Positions 1-9,527 of a DNA stretch of 64,000 nucleotides are shown here, piece after piece (within the stretch, counting starts at the first letter, position 1; each line of letters starts with the position of its first letter). Both the position numbers and the translations under genes were made by a program. The notes beneath the pieces are model-generated. The model was not told where the DNA came from and made no database searches. It was given only the letters and a program-made list of their open reading frames with translations. The DNA comes from an uncultured Alphaproteobacteria bacterium (lineage in GTDB: Bacteria; Pseudomonadota; Alphaproteobacteria; HIMB59; GCA-002718135): NCBI GenBank assembly GCA_902521315.1, contig CABYRH010000004.1, positions 32,249 to 96,248 of the forward strand, written 5' to 3'.

Positions 1-114
1 AACAAAAACGAAACAAAAACCAAAATTATAAAGGTTAATGAAGAAGATTATTTAGCTCACAAAGAAATGTTAAAAAAACTAAAAAATCCTCTTTGGAAAA
101 AATATAACTATTAA
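1..114 (+). CDS. 3' end of an unidentified CDS entering from upstream of the window (...KNPLWKKYNY*)
   Basis: Frame 1 is open from base 1 to TAA at 112-114. The 37 visible residues carry no recognisable motif. Confidence 0.35.
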   Translation, partial: NKNETKTKIIKVNEEDYLAHKEMLKKLKNPLWKKYNY

Positions 115-144
115 TATTTGAAAAAGTTATTATATTAAAATCAG

Positions 145-726
145 ATGATTTACGGTGACTTACAATTTTTTGATATTTTGATTTTTGCAGCTATTGCTGG
201 ATTTATTATTTATAGATTAAGAAGTGTTCTTGGAAAAAGAACAGGATTTCAAAAAAATATATCACAGCCAAAACCTCAAGAAACCAAAAAACAAGAGGAT
301 GTTCAAAAAATACCTTCTTTGATGGATAATGAGACAAAGCTTGAGGTTGTATATAAAAAAGTAAATAATTTTAATCACCGAGAGTTTCTTGATGGTGCCA
401 AGAAAGCTTTTGAGATTATAATTTCATCTTTCAACAATGGAGATAAAAAAACACTGAAAAATCTTGTGTCTAAAGATGTTTATTCTGCTTTTGAAAAAGC
501 TATTGATGAAAAAACAAACAATCCAGAATCACAATTTTATTCACTTATTGTAGAGGGCATCGCAGATGCAAAAGTAGAAAATGACACAATATCAATATCG
601 GTCAATTTTATTAGTGAACAGATGTTAAATAATGATGAGGGCTCTATTGTTAAAAATAAAGACACTTGGACTTTTGAAAAACCAGTAAATTCTTCTAGTC
701 CTATATGGATATTAACTCAAACTTAA
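145..726 (+). CDS. Tim44-like domain protein
   Basis: 193 aa. The N-terminal TM helix 'FFDILIFAAIAGFIIYRLRSVLGKRTG' is typical of bacterial Tim44-like proteins and is followed by a soluble ~150-aa domain. Confidence 0.65.
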   Translation: MIYGDLQFFDILIFAAIAGFIIYRLRSVLGKRTGFQKNISQPKPQETKKQEDVQKIPSLMDNETKLEVVYKKVNNFNHREFLDGAKKAFEIIISSFNNGDKKTLKNLVSKDVYSAFEKAIDEKTNNPESQFYSLIVEGIADAKVENDTISISVNFISEQMLNNDEGSIVKNKDTWTFEKPVNSSSPIWILTQT

Positions 727-729
727 TAT

Positions 730-1158
730 TTGTCCTTTAAAGAACTCAAAGACCGAATTAAAAAAAACGAGGGTTATTCTGATAAGCCTTATCAAGATCA
801 ATTAGGGTTTTATACTATTGGTTATGGTCATCTTATTACAGAAAAAGAAAATAAATATTACATTAAAAAATTTAAAAAAAAATATTTTGAAGAATTGTTT
901 GAGACAGACTTTAAAAAAGCACACGAACAATACAAAAAAAATTTTTTTAAAAAAGGTCATACAACTTCAGAGAAAGAATTATTAATAGAAATGCTTTTTC
1001 AACTTGGGGCAAAAGGCGTCTCTAAATTTAAGAAAATGCTTTATTTTCTAAACAAAAAACAAAAATTCATGGCATCACTAGAGATGTTAGACAGCTTGTG
1101 GTATTTGCAAACACCTGAAAGAGTAAACAATTTAATTAAAAACTATACAAAAAAATAA
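730..1158 (+). CDS. T4-type lysozyme (glycoside hydrolase family 24), no signal peptide
   Basis: TTG start lies 4 nt after the upstream stop. 'NEGYSDKPYQDQLGFYTIGYGH' aligns position by position with the T4 lysozyme E11-x8-D20-x5-T26-IGxGH catalytic motif. Confidence 0.75.
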   Translation: MSFKELKDRIKKNEGYSDKPYQDQLGFYTIGYGHLITEKENKYYIKKFKKKYFEELFETDFKKAHEQYKKNFFKKGHTTSEKELLIEMLFQLGAKGVSKFKKMLYFLNKKQKFMASLEMLDSLWYLQTPERVNNLIKNYTKK

Positions 1159-1697
1159 TGGAAGAAGATTTTTTTTTAAAAAACATGAAGGGCGTCAAGC
1201 CTTTTAAAAAAGATACCTCCATAGTTAAAACGAAAACAACTAATAAAAAAAATGTAAAATTAAATAAAAAAACCAATACTAAAAATACCGGCAAAAAAAC
1301 AATAACTGAACACAAAGTTAGTAGCTCAGAATTTAAACTTTCATTTGGTGAGGTTAACAAGGAGCTTAAGCGAGGAAAAATTAATATAGATAGAAGAATT
1401 GATCTTCACGGGTATGGTTTAGTTGAAGCACATGAAAAATTTATAAGTGAGGTTAAAAAAAATTATAACAAAAACAAAAGATGTTTGCTTATAATTACTG
1501 GAAAAGGTGTTCATAAAAAAATTGAAAATGAGCAGGACACAAACCCTAAACTTTTCTATGGAAAGATTAAAAATTCAATAATAAACTGGATAAACGAAGA
1601 CGATATCAAGAAATATATCTTAACATATCAAGATGCGGGTTTTGAACATGGGGGTGACGGAGCTCTTTTTGTTTATTTAAGAAAAAAAAAGTTTTAA
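1158..1697 (+). CDS. Smr (MutS2 C-terminal-like) domain protein
   Basis: The C-terminal 'IDLHGYGLVEAHEKFISEV...CLLIITGKG' matches the Smr LDLHG...GKG signature. The ATG overlaps the lysozyme stop (TAATG). Confidence 0.75.
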   Translation: MEEDFFLKNMKGVKPFKKDTSIVKTKTTNKKNVKLNKKTNTKNTGKKTITEHKVSSSEFKLSFGEVNKELKRGKINIDRRIDLHGYGLVEAHEKFISEVKKNYNKNKRCLLIITGKGVHKKIENEQDTNPKLFYGKIKNSIINWINEDDIKKYILTYQDAGFEHGGDGALFVYLRKKKF

Positions 1698-2368
1698 ATT
1701 CTTTCTAACTTAAATACCCTTTTTTTGAAATGAATAAGAATTTCATATGGAAGTAAATCATCTTTAACTAAAAATTCAATTTTTTTTAAATCATTTCTTT
1801 TATGGTCAGCCCAAATATTTACATAGTCTTCAATTTCTAAAATTATATTTCCATCCTCACTTTCGTTTTGTTTAAGTGTGTAAATTCTTCTCCCATCAAT
1901 TGTTTTTGCCTCATTTTCTCCATGTAAAATATTTATAAAAGAGGTAATTGGGTCAAAATATAAATATAAGTCTTCTAGGTCTATCCTAGCTATTTCTTCT
2001 TCTATAGGCTCTTGTTTTAATTCAATTAAATAATCATCAAAAGACATTTTAACTATTTTTGTTTTCTTATTAGTTTTCCAAAACTGTTTATAATTTTGAG
2101 TCTTAAATTTGTTGTTTTCAATAACCCCAGCTGAAAGATAGCTTCCTTCAAATTTATATAATGGTGAAAAAATACCAGAATTTTTTAAATTAATTTCTGT
2201 TTGATAAATATTATCATTAATATTTAATGACCAACTAAAATTACCAATTTTAATTCCTGTTGTGCTGACCTTATATTCTGCACTAAAATTATTTGCATAG
2301 GATGTATTAATTACAAATATAATAAAAAATATTAGAAATTTATTCAAACACAACCTCATAAACATCAA
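1694..2368 (-). CDS. Secreted DUF3108-like protein
   Basis: Signal peptide 'FLIFFIIFVINTSYA'. The beta-rich sequence resembles DUF3108 as I remember it. Its start overlaps the upstream GT-C gene by 29 nt. Confidence 0.4.
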   Translation of the reverse strand: MMFMRLCLNKFLIFFIIFVINTSYANNFSAEYKVSTTGIKIGNFSWSLNINDNIYQTEINLKNSGIFSPLYKFEGSYLSAGVIENNKFKTQNYKQFWKTNKKTKIVKMSFDDYLIELKQEPIEEEIARIDLEDLYLYFDPITSFINILHGENEAKTIDGRRIYTLKQNESEDGNIILEIEDYVNIWADHKRNDLKKIEFLVKDDLLPYEILIHFKKRVFKLERI

Positions 2369-3746
2369 GTTTTCTTTTTGTAAATTTCTGATCAGGTGAA
2401 TTTATTTTTAACACCTTATACTCATTCTCTAAATAATTAATATCTGAGGGGCTTCCAATTAAAGTAAAGTTTTCATTTGTATTTTTATTAAGAGGAGATA
2501 CTATTTTAAAGTGGTTTGTTATTTCACCACCTTCTTTATGTGGCATATAGAAATTAATATCCTTATCTCTTAATTCAAAATTAAGGCTTGAAAATAAAAG
2601 CCGATCTGAAACTACTATATTTTTTACGACACCACCTGAAGAACTACTATAAATTTTTAGAGCATAATCATTTATACCGCTTATTCGGTCAAAAATTTTA
2701 GACGGATAGCTCATTCCAATCATTACAAAAAGAATTAAGCAGAAAATAAAATTAAACATGTAATTAGCTATCTTTAAAAAAGAATTATTAATTCTAATAT
2801 ATAAAAGAGCAAATAAAGAAATTAAAGCTGGAGCAGCCCAATTTGCATTAGCTCTGACAACAATAGCTTCTACTAAAACAATTAAAATTATAGGCATAGA
2901 AAATATTAGAAAAATTTTTTGAATATAGTTCCATTTATTAAATCCAAATAACCCACCCAAAACCATAAACGGACCTAACATTAAAACTTGAATTAACATA
3001 AATTCTAAACCCCTAATGAGATCTATTTCAATATTTCCAAAATTTGCATTATCCGAAGTATGTTGAATTGTTATCCAGTCATTATTAAAGTTCCAAATAA
3101 TATTTGGTACGATAATTATAAATAAACATATAAAAGTAAGACAAAAACCAAATAAATTATCCAAAAAAATTTTTCTAAATTTTTTATCAAATAAAATTAG
3201 AACAAATAAACAAATCACAAAATATATAGCTGCGTATTTTGATAAAAAACCTAACCCCAGAAAAATACCTAATAATATAAAATTTTTTAAACTATGCTCA
3301 CCATTGATCTTAACTAATTCATTAAGTGAAAGTGTCCAAAATAATAATAAAAAAAGATCAGTACTAATTATAAAAGATGAAAAAGAAACAGCGGGTATAA
3401 ATAAAAAAATTAAACAACCTACAAATGAATCTTTTTTGTTTAATCCAGCGTTAATTAAAAGATTATAAATACTCCAGGAAATCAATAAATAAACAAACGA
3501 TGGTAGAAGTTTTAATGAAACAAAACTACTGCCTAGTATTTCTGTATAAGCTCTTATTATCCAGGACAAAAAAGGGGGTTTCGAAAAATAACCAAAGTCA
3601 ATATCTTTTGACCATAACCAATACTGTGCTTCATCACCAAACAAATTAAAATTAGTAAAATTTAAGGCACCTATTTTTAATATAAGTAAAACAATAAATG
3701 ATGGTAATAGAATTTTATTTAGCATAATATTTTTTATACAATTCAA
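2340..3746 (-). CDS. GT-C family glycosyltransferase (GT39/GT83, ArnT/PMT-like)
   Basis: 468 aa and polytopic (10 or more hydrophobic helices). The first-loop motif 'GDEAQYWLWSKDIDFGYFSKPPFLSW' is typical of ArnT-like lipid-linked-sugar transferases. Confidence 0.7.
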   Translation of the reverse strand: MNCIKNIMLNKILLPSFIVLLILKIGALNFTNFNLFGDEAQYWLWSKDIDFGYFSKPPFLSWIIRAYTEILGSSFVSLKLLPSFVYLLISWSIYNLLINAGLNKKDSFVGCLIFLFIPAVSFSSFIISTDLFLLLFWTLSLNELVKINGEHSLKNFILLGIFLGLGFLSKYAAIYFVICLFVLILFDKKFRKIFLDNLFGFCLTFICLFIIIVPNIIWNFNNDWITIQHTSDNANFGNIEIDLIRGLEFMLIQVLMLGPFMVLGGLFGFNKWNYIQKIFLIFSMPIILIVLVEAIVVRANANWAAPALISLFALLYIRINNSFLKIANYMFNFIFCLILFVMIGMSYPSKIFDRISGINDYALKIYSSSSGGVVKNIVVSDRLLFSSLNFELRDKDINFYMPHKEGGEITNHFKIVSPLNKNTNENFTLIGSPSDINYLENEYKVLKINSPDQKFTKRKLDVYEVVFE

Positions 3747-5049
3747 ATAAAATTATATTTAAAATTACAATAAAAAAACCAGCAAAAAAAATGTCACTTA
3801 CAAAATGACCACCAGCCATTATTCTAATTAAACCAAGCACTAAACCAGCAACAAAGCTTCCATAGAGAAAAATTGTTTTTTTTGTAATTAAATATAAAAT
3901 TATAATTGAAAACCCAACTGAGGCATCACCTGAAACAAAGGAGCAGTTTGTTTCACAAGCATTGGTTATTTCAAACCAAGGGGAAAAAGATTCTTTGCCA
4001 TCCAGCTCCACTACATCGTTTGGTCTTGCCCTACCCCAAAAATTTTTTAGTATAAGATTTACAAATATTAAAACGCTAATAATTTGAGAAATCCATAACA
4101 AAACTATTTCCTTAATAGAAAATTTATAATTAAAAAAAATTTTATCAATTTTAAAGAAACGCCCAACTATTGGTAAAATTAAAATATAAATAAGTATTAG
4201 TGGTAATAAAATATCACGAAACAATATTGAAGTTAAATCAAAACTTTGTAATTCAAATTGTGATGCACCCTTATAAAACAAAGATGATACATATAAATCT
4301 AAGGATGGTCCAGCAGTCACAAACACACAACTAAAAAACAAAATTAGAAAATAATAAAAAATCTCAGAATTTTTTTCAGGAATTAAATTTGATAATTTGT
4401 ATTTACTATATTTATTTTCTAAAAATTTATTTAAAATCTTAAATAATATTAGAGCTAAAATTGCCCCAGCAACAATATCTGTAAAAAAATGTGCTCCTAC
4501 AACAACTCGACTAAAAGCAACAATTGAAGCTAAAAAATAAAAAAAATATTTTAATTTTGGAAAAACAGAAATCAAAATAAAGCAAACGATAAATATTGTA
4601 GAAGAGTGTCCAGAGGGGAAAGAATGAAAGTTTGATTCCATGGTAAAATATTTAAAACTAAAAACGTCTTCGAAATCAGTATGATTTGGTCTGGGCCTTC
4701 CCACAATATGTTTTATAATTTGAGTAATTATCCCAACTGTCAAAATATAAACAAAAGAAGAAATAAAAAAATTAGAAAGATTTTTTGCTGATTTAGTTTT
4801 TATAATTTGAAGTATGTTGTTTATATAAAAGACAACAAAGCCTATTATTGTAATAGAAAAATACCAAGACGAACTACCAAGTTTTGTTATTTCTGAAAAA
4901 AAATCTTTTAGAAAAACACCATTTACCCAATCACTTAAGTTTATAAAATAACTATAAAAAAAAAGATCTAAATTAAAAGAAGCAAAAATACTTAATGTAA
5001 TAAATACTAAAATAAGTAATTCAAATTTGATGCTTTTAAAAATGCTCAT
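3715..5049 (-). CDS. Tandem double PAP2 (type 2 phosphatidic acid phosphatase) membrane phosphatase
   Basis: Domain 1 carries the full motif set: 'KHIVGRPRP' / 'PSGH' / 'SRVVVGAHFFTD'. Domain 2 has 'KNFWGRARP' / 'VSGD' (His to Asp) / 'IRIMAGGHFVSD'. Confidence 0.75.
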   Translation of the reverse strand: MSIFKSIKFELLILVFITLSIFASFNLDLFFYSYFINLSDWVNGVFLKDFFSEITKLGSSSWYFSITIIGFVVFYINNILQIIKTKSAKNLSNFFISSFVYILTVGIITQIIKHIVGRPRPNHTDFEDVFSFKYFTMESNFHSFPSGHSSTIFIVCFILISVFPKLKYFFYFLASIVAFSRVVVGAHFFTDIVAGAILALILFKILNKFLENKYSKYKLSNLIPEKNSEIFYYFLILFFSCVFVTAGPSLDLYVSSLFYKGASQFELQSFDLTSILFRDILLPLILIYILILPIVGRFFKIDKIFFNYKFSIKEIVLLWISQIISVLIFVNLILKNFWGRARPNDVVELDGKESFSPWFEITNACETNCSFVSGDASVGFSIIILYLITKKTIFLYGSFVAGLVLGLIRIMAGGHFVSDIFFAGFFIVILNIILFELYKKYYAK

Positions 5050-5078
5050 TTTACAACTATTAAAAAATTTAATGAGCT

Positions 5079-6404
5079 TTACAATATAAACTTTGACAAG
5101 TCCTGACTTTTAATAAGCTCTCCTAAGCTATTTTCAACGTATTCTTTATTAATTATTATTTCTGTAGGGCCTATATCTGAGGCTGTATAACTTACCTCTT
5201 CAAGTAGTTTTTCCATTACAGTATGGAGCCTTCTGGCGCCTATATTTTCTACATTCTGGTTTATCTCTGTAGATAAGGAGGCGATGGCATCAATTCCATT
5301 TTCTTCAAATTTCAAATCAACCTTCTCTGTTCCAAGAAGTCCTTGATACTGCTTAATCAAACTGTTTTGTGTTTCAGTAAGAATAAGCTTAAAATCTTTT
5401 TTACTAAGACTATCAAGCTCTACTCTTATTGGCAATCTCCCTTGAAGCTCAGGCAGCATGTCTGATGGTTTTGATAAGTGAAATGCCCCAGAGGCAATGA
5501 ACAAAATATAATCTGTTTTAACAACACCATATTTTGTAGTAACCGCAGTTCCCTCAATAAGTGGTAATAAATCTCTTTGAACACCTTCTCTTGAAACATC
5601 CGCGCCACTTCTATCAGCTCTAGAAGTAATTTTATCTATTTCATCTATAAAAACGATACCATTTTGCTCTACATCATCCAATGCTCTTGAGTTTATTTTA
5701 TCTTTATCTAAAAGTTTATCGGTTTCTTCATTTAACAAATATGCATGGGAATCTTTAACACTCATTTTTTTCATTTTCTTTTGATTGCCAAAACCTTTTC
5801 CAAATACATCGCCTAAATTAATCATACCCATTTGAGAACCAGGCATGCCAGGTATGTCCATAGTTGGTAAATTTAAATTTGCATTAGCTGAAACTGGAAT
5901 TTCAACCTCATTGTCATTTAGTTCACCTGATCTTAGTTTTTTCCTAAAATTATCTCGCGTAGCAGGTGTTGAGCTTTTAGAAACCAAAACATCTAAAATT
6001 CTTTCTTCTGCATTTTTTTCTGCCTTTGCCTTCACCTCTTGACCCATTTGTATTTTTGTTTTTGTAATACTTATTTCAACTAGATCTCTTATTATTTGCT
6101 CAACATCTCTTCCAACATATCCAACTTCTGTAAACTTAGTCGCTTCAACTTTTACAAAAGGTGCGTTTGCTAACTTGGCAAGTCTTCGTGAGATTTCAGT
6201 TTTACCACAACCAGTTGGACCAACCATTAAAATATTTTTTGGTACAATTTCCTCTTTTAAAGAATCATCAAGTTGTTTTCTTCTCCATCTATTTCTTAAT
6301 GCAACTGCAACAGCTTTTTTTGCATTGTTCTGACCAATGATAAATTTATCTAATTCAGAAACAATTTCTCTTGGGCTAAAACTAGACTCCATTCTATAAC
6401 TCAA
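5079..6404 (-). CDS. hslU: ATP-dependent protease ATPase subunit HslU
   Basis: Walker A '[40 protein letters not shown]' and full-length collinearity with HslU. Confidence 0.96.
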   Translation of the reverse strand: MSYRMESSFSPREIVSELDKFIIGQNNAKKAVAVALRNRWRRKQLDDSLKEEIVPKNILMVGPTGCGKTEISRRLAKLANAPFVKVEATKFTEVGYVGRDVEQIIRDLVEISITKTKIQMGQEVKAKAEKNAEERILDVLVSKSSTPATRDNFRKKLRSGELNDNEVEIPVSANANLNLPTMDIPGMPGSQMGMINLGDVFGKGFGNQKKMKKMSVKDSHAYLLNEETDKLLDKDKINSRALDDVEQNGIVFIDEIDKITSRADRSGADVSREGVQRDLLPLIEGTAVTTKYGVVKTDYILFIASGAFHLSKPSDMLPELQGRLPIRVELDSLSKKDFKLILTETQNSLIKQYQGLLGTEKVDLKFEENGIDAIASLSTEINQNVENIGARRLHTVMEKLLEEVSYTASDIGPTEIIINKEYVENSLGELIKSQDLSKFIL

Positions 6405-6942
6405 TAGTTTCTGAAATAATATTATGGTTTGTATAAATACAAATGTCTGCAGCTATATTAAGTGATTCTAAAGCAATTTCTTTTGCATTCATTTTTGTAT
6501 TTTTCATTAATGCTTTAGCAGCACTATTTGCGTATGGACCCCCAGAACCTATTGCAAGTATTCCGTCGTCAGACTCAATTACATCACCAGTACCAGATAG
6601 CAATAAGCTTACATCCTTATCAGCTACGATCATCATTGCTTCTAATCTTCTCAGATATCTATCCGTTCTCCAATCTTTTGCTAATTCAACACAAGCTCTT
6701 TTAAGTTGGTTTTTATATTGATCTAATTTTCCCTCTAATCTTTCAAATAAAGCGAATGCATCTGCAGTAGATCCTGCAAAACCAGATATAACTGTTTCAT
6801 CAGCACCAAGTCTTCTAATTTTTTTTACATTTGATTTCATTACGGTATTACCAAGACTAGCCTGACCATCACCCGCAATAACGACAAGATTATCTTTTCT
6901 AATTCCTACAATAGTTGTTGATTTAATAATGTTTTTTTCCAT
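6394..6942 (-). CDS. hslV: ATP-dependent protease subunit HslV
   Basis: '[23 protein letters not shown]' (catalytic Thr) preceded by an 8-aa leader. Overlaps hslU by 11 nt. Confidence 0.95.
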   Translation of the reverse strand: MEKNIIKSTTIVGIRKDNLVVIAGDGQASLGNTVMKSNVKKIRRLGADETVISGFAGSTADAFALFERLEGKLDQYKNQLKRACVELAKDWRTDRYLRRLEAMMIVADKDVSLLLSGTGDVIESDDGILAIGSGGPYANSAAKALMKNTKMNAKEIALESLNIAADICIYTNHNIISETIEL

Positions 6943-7023
6943 TCATTCATAAGATGGCTATTTAATTATTTTTATCAAGTAATTTACCTAGAATAAATCA
7001 TATTTCACTGATATTAGGCAAAA

Positions 7024-7611
7024 ATGCGAAAAGGTAAAGTTGAGAGAAACACCAAAGAAACCAAGATAAGTTGTGAAATTAACTTAGATGGTGTTGGACA
7101 ATCTAAAATTTCAACACAAATTGGTTTTTTTGATCATATGCTGGAATTATTATCTCATCACAGTTTGATAGACATAGATTTAAAATGTGAAGGAGACACT
7201 AATGTTGATCTTCACCATTCTGTTGAAGATACGGCTTACGCAATTGCTTTAGCTATAAACAAAGCACTAGATGATAAAAAAGGAATCAATAGATATGGCT
7301 TTTCATATGTTCCGATGGATGAATGCTTATCGAGATGTGTCATTGATTTAAGTGGAAGGCCTGAGCTTGTTTGGAATGTTAATCTTGGTTTAAAAAAAAT
7401 TGGTGAAATGGATACAGAGTTATTTCATGAATTTTTTAAAGCCTTTTCAAATGAATCTAAATGTAATTTACATATTGAAAATCTATACGGAAAAAACAAT
7501 CATCATATCATTGAATCCTGCTTTAAAGCTTTTGCTAAAAGTTTAAGATTTGCTGTCGAAATTGATAACAGAAGAAAAGATAACATACCATCATCAAAAG
7601 GTACTCTTTAA
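7024..7611 (+). CDS. hisB: Imidazoleglycerol-phosphate dehydratase
   Basis: '[16 protein letters not shown]' and the histidine-rich metal motifs. Monofunctional, 195 aa. Confidence 0.95.
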   Translation: MRKGKVERNTKETKISCEINLDGVGQSKISTQIGFFDHMLELLSHHSLIDIDLKCEGDTNVDLHHSVEDTAYAIALAINKALDDKKGINRYGFSYVPMDECLSRCVIDLSGRPELVWNVNLGLKKIGEMDTELFHEFFKAFSNESKCNLHIENLYGKNNHHIIESCFKAFAKSLRFAVEIDNRRKDNIPSSKGTL

Positions 7612-7617
7612 TTTTTA

Positions 7618-8247
7618 ATGAAAAAGATCACTATTGTCGATTATGGCTCTGGCAATGTTTTGTCTGCTCAAAAATCTTTTGTTAAGATAGCGAAAGACAA
7701 CAATATTGAAGTTGATGTTTTGATTTCAAAAAACCTAAATGATGTAAAAGATTCAACCCATGTAGTATTGCCAGGCCAAGGAGCTTTTTCTACATGCATG
7801 AATGGTTTAAAAAAAACTGATGGCTTGATAGATGAGCTTTGTGAGTTTGCATTAATAAAAAAGAAACCATTTTTAGGCATATGTGTTGGTATGCAAATGT
7901 TAGCTAAGATGAGTGAAGAAAATGGAGTTCATGAAGGTCTAGGTTGGATAGACGGTCAAATTAAATTATTGCCAGGAGATAATTTAAAACTTCCTCATAT
8001 GGGTTGGAATTTGGCAATACCAACAAACTCAAAATACAACAACTTAATCTCAAATAAAAATGACTATTACTTCGTTCACTCTTATTATTTCGATTGTCCC
8101 AATAAGGACAATATTTTGGCAGAAACTAAGTACGGAACAAATTTTGCTTCAATAGTTGGAAAAGAAAATATATACGGCGTTCAGTTTCATCCTGAAAAAA
8201 GTTCCTCCCAAGGATTAAACTTACTAAAAGAATTTATTGGAGTATGA
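7618..8247 (+). CDS. hisH: Imidazole glycerol phosphate synthase, glutaminase subunit
   Basis: 'GICVGMQML' (nucleophile Cys) and 'VQFHPEKS'. Confidence 0.95.
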   Translation: MKKITIVDYGSGNVLSAQKSFVKIAKDNNIEVDVLISKNLNDVKDSTHVVLPGQGAFSTCMNGLKKTDGLIDELCEFALIKKKPFLGICVGMQMLAKMSEENGVHEGLGWIDGQIKLLPGDNLKLPHMGWNLAIPTNSKYNNLISNKNDYYFVHSYYFDCPNKDNILAETKYGTNFASIVGKENIYGVQFHPEKSSSQGLNLLKEFIGV

Positions 8248-8786
8248 ACATGTCTACACAACTAAAAGAAAAAATTAATATTTCAGTTGATAATATTGAA
8301 ACACTTACAGATGTAGATTTAGCAGATCTTTGTAACATCACTGAACAAGCAATTAAAGCTGGGGGTGGTTTTGGTTGGTTAAGGGTTCCTACAAGAGATA
8401 TTTTAATAGATTATTGGACTAAAAGAACTAATGATAAATATATCAAACTTATAGTTGGAAGACTTAACGGAGTTATAGCTGGAACTCTTCAACTTGCTTA
8501 TGAAGCTCCTAATATTGAGTCTAGAAAAAATATTGCTCGCATAAGAAGACAATTTGTTGCGCCATGGGCAAGAGGCTATGGTTTAGCTAAAACAATGATT
8601 GATCATACTGAACTAATTGCAAAAGAAGACAACATAAAATCTTTACAGTTAGCTGTTAGGGAAACACAGGATGCCGCAATAAAACTGTTTACTAGTAAAA
8701 ATTATACCAAATGGGGTGAAAACCCATATTATGCCTATATTAACGGAAGCTTTATTAAGGGTTATTATTATTACAAAAATATATAG
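8244..8786 (+). CDS. GNAT-family N-acetyltransferase inserted between hisH and hisA
   Basis: 180 aa. Acetyl-CoA pyrophosphate-binding motif 'WARGYGLAKTMI' (R/QxxGxG/A). ATGA overlap with hisH and TAGTG overlap with hisA. Confidence 0.6.
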   Translation: MNMSTQLKEKINISVDNIETLTDVDLADLCNITEQAIKAGGGFGWLRVPTRDILIDYWTKRTNDKYIKLIVGRLNGVIAGTLQLAYEAPNIESRKNIARIRRQFVAPWARGYGLAKTMIDHTELIAKEDNIKSLQLAVRETQDAAIKLFTSKNYTKWGENPYYAYINGSFIKGYYYYKNI

Positions 8787-9526
8787 TGCAAATTATACCA
8801 GCCATTGATTTAAAAGATAACAAATGTGTTAGACTTTCTAAAGGCAAAGATCTTTCCAGTGTTGTGTATAATGAAGACCCAGAAAAACAAGCGATCTACT
8901 TTGAAAAAATTGGTTGTAAAAAATTACACTTAATTGACCTAGACGCCGCGTTTGGTAGATCAAATATTAACTTTCAAACAATAAAGAAAATTAGAAAATC
9001 TATTTCAATACCAATACAATTGGGAGGCGGGATTAGAAGTTTAGATTTAGCAAAAAAATACTTTGAGGTTGGAATAAATAATTTGATTATTGGTTCAATG
9101 TCTGTTGAGAATCCAAATGAAGTTATAATTTTATCAAATCAGTACGAAGATAAAGTATACATATCTTTGGATATTCTTGAAGATAATATAATGATAAAAG
9201 GGTGGGATGAGGACTCAGGGAAAAAAATACAAGATATTCTTGATATTTATAATAACTCAAAAATTAAAGGATATGTAATTACAGATATTAAAAATGATGG
9301 AATGTTAAAAGGTTTGAATTTAGATTTTGTTAGTAATTTTCTAAAAAAAATAAATCAAACTAAAACATTTAATAAAAAAATTATTATTGCAGGTGGTTTA
9401 ACAGATTACTCTGATCTAGTAAGTCTAAAAAAACTTAACCTTAAAAAAATTGAAGGTATAATCTCAGGTAAATCTTTTTATGAAGGCAAGATTGATTTAG
9501 TAGAGGCGCAAAAAATTTTAAACTAA
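8786..9526 (+). CDS. hisA: ProFAR isomerase
   Basis: GTG start. '[17 protein letters not shown]' is the canonical HisA N-terminus. Confidence 0.92.
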   Translation: MQIIPAIDLKDNKCVRLSKGKDLSSVVYNEDPEKQAIYFEKIGCKKLHLIDLDAAFGRSNINFQTIKKIRKSISIPIQLGGGIRSLDLAKKYFEVGINNLIIGSMSVENPNEVIILSNQYEDKVYISLDILEDNIMIKGWDEDSGKKIQDILDIYNNSKIKGYVITDIKNDGMLKGLNLDFVSNFLKKINQTKTFNKKIIIAGGLTDYSDLVSLKKLNLKKIEGIISGKSFYEGKIDLVEAQKILN

Positions 9527-9527
9527 A

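Noticed and set aside
1-5049. The lysozyme gene as evidence for a prophage or mobile element
   Set aside because: No integrase, holin/spanin, capsid, tail or terminase genes, tRNA attachment site or flanking direct repeats are present. The neighbours are conserved alphaproteobacterial core genes joined to it by overlapping codons.
6394-6942. 8-residue extension (MEKNIIKS) before the catalytic Thr of HslV as a novelty
   Set aside because: From memory, N-terminal pro-sequences before the 'TTI' motif are common in alphaproteobacterial HslV, so this is probably the normal state for the clade.
6951-6979. Sigma32-like promoter for hslVU on the minus strand (CTTGAT-N..-GCCATCT)
   Set aside because: The -10-like box matches only 5 of 7 positions. 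It ends about 9 nt before the hslV ATG, leaving no room for a leader or SD. In this AT-rich spacer the match may be chance.
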